A stretch of DNA of 64,000 nucleotides from a virus. The position numbers were made by a program, and so were the translations under genes. The notes beneath the pieces are model-generated. The model was not told the DNA's origin. It was given only the letters and a program-made list of their open reading frames with translations, and did not search any database. Location: the IMG/VR virus record IMGVR_UViG_3300029199_000002; one strand, written 5' to 3'. Positions 63,915 to 64,000 of this stretch are shown one piece after another (the stretch's first letter is position 1; each line of letters begins with the position of its first letter).

Positions 63915-64000
63915 AGGGGCTGTATCCTCTCCTCTGCTGTTTAACACACTTCTGTTCCGATATTTTCTACGGCGAACCTATGTCGATAACGAAATTTTTG

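Overview
The window is a large part of a temperate tailed-phage genome (siphovirus-type long non-contractile tail). The host is probably a Pseudomonas-like gammaproteobacterium, inferred from base composition, an Acb2 homologue and a CTGT-N8-ACAG SOS box. No host genes or tRNA genes were recognised. The integrase sits next to an apparently intact attP-like region, and the packaging/early junction lies near 60 kb, so this looks like a circularly permuted free-phage assembly rather than an integrated prophage. Layout: (i) 1-29091, mostly + strand: small early ORFs, xis/int/attP, a regulator cluster, three helicase-type genes, SSB, anti-CBASS Acb2, ThyX, class I RNR, PolA, exonuclease, resolvase, ligase, Mre11/Rad50, dUTPase and two HNH endonucleases. 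(ii) 29088-59675, - strand: HU-like protein, terminase, portal, S49 protease, capsid, neck, tail, lambda-like tail tip, a GH16-containing receptor-binding protein and a reversed lysis cassette. (iii) 60058 onward, + strand: a strong promoter, a ~700-nt highly self-complementary leader, early ORFs, Bro-N and an AT-rich inverted repeat. The most interesting unexplained signals are three. First, a genome-wide 12-bp palindromic motif CTGTA(W)(W)TACAG sits at about 20 gene junctions. Second, a single canonical LexA box overlaps a promoter for an orphan 98-aa ORF in front of the terminase, while no cleavable CI is visible; this suggests a LexA-gated antirepressor acting on a non-canonical global repressor. 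Third, the ~700-nt structured non-coding leader lies inside a compositionally distinct 1.6-kb segment bounded by A-tract DNA. All functional calls come from motif recognition by eye; no database searches were run.
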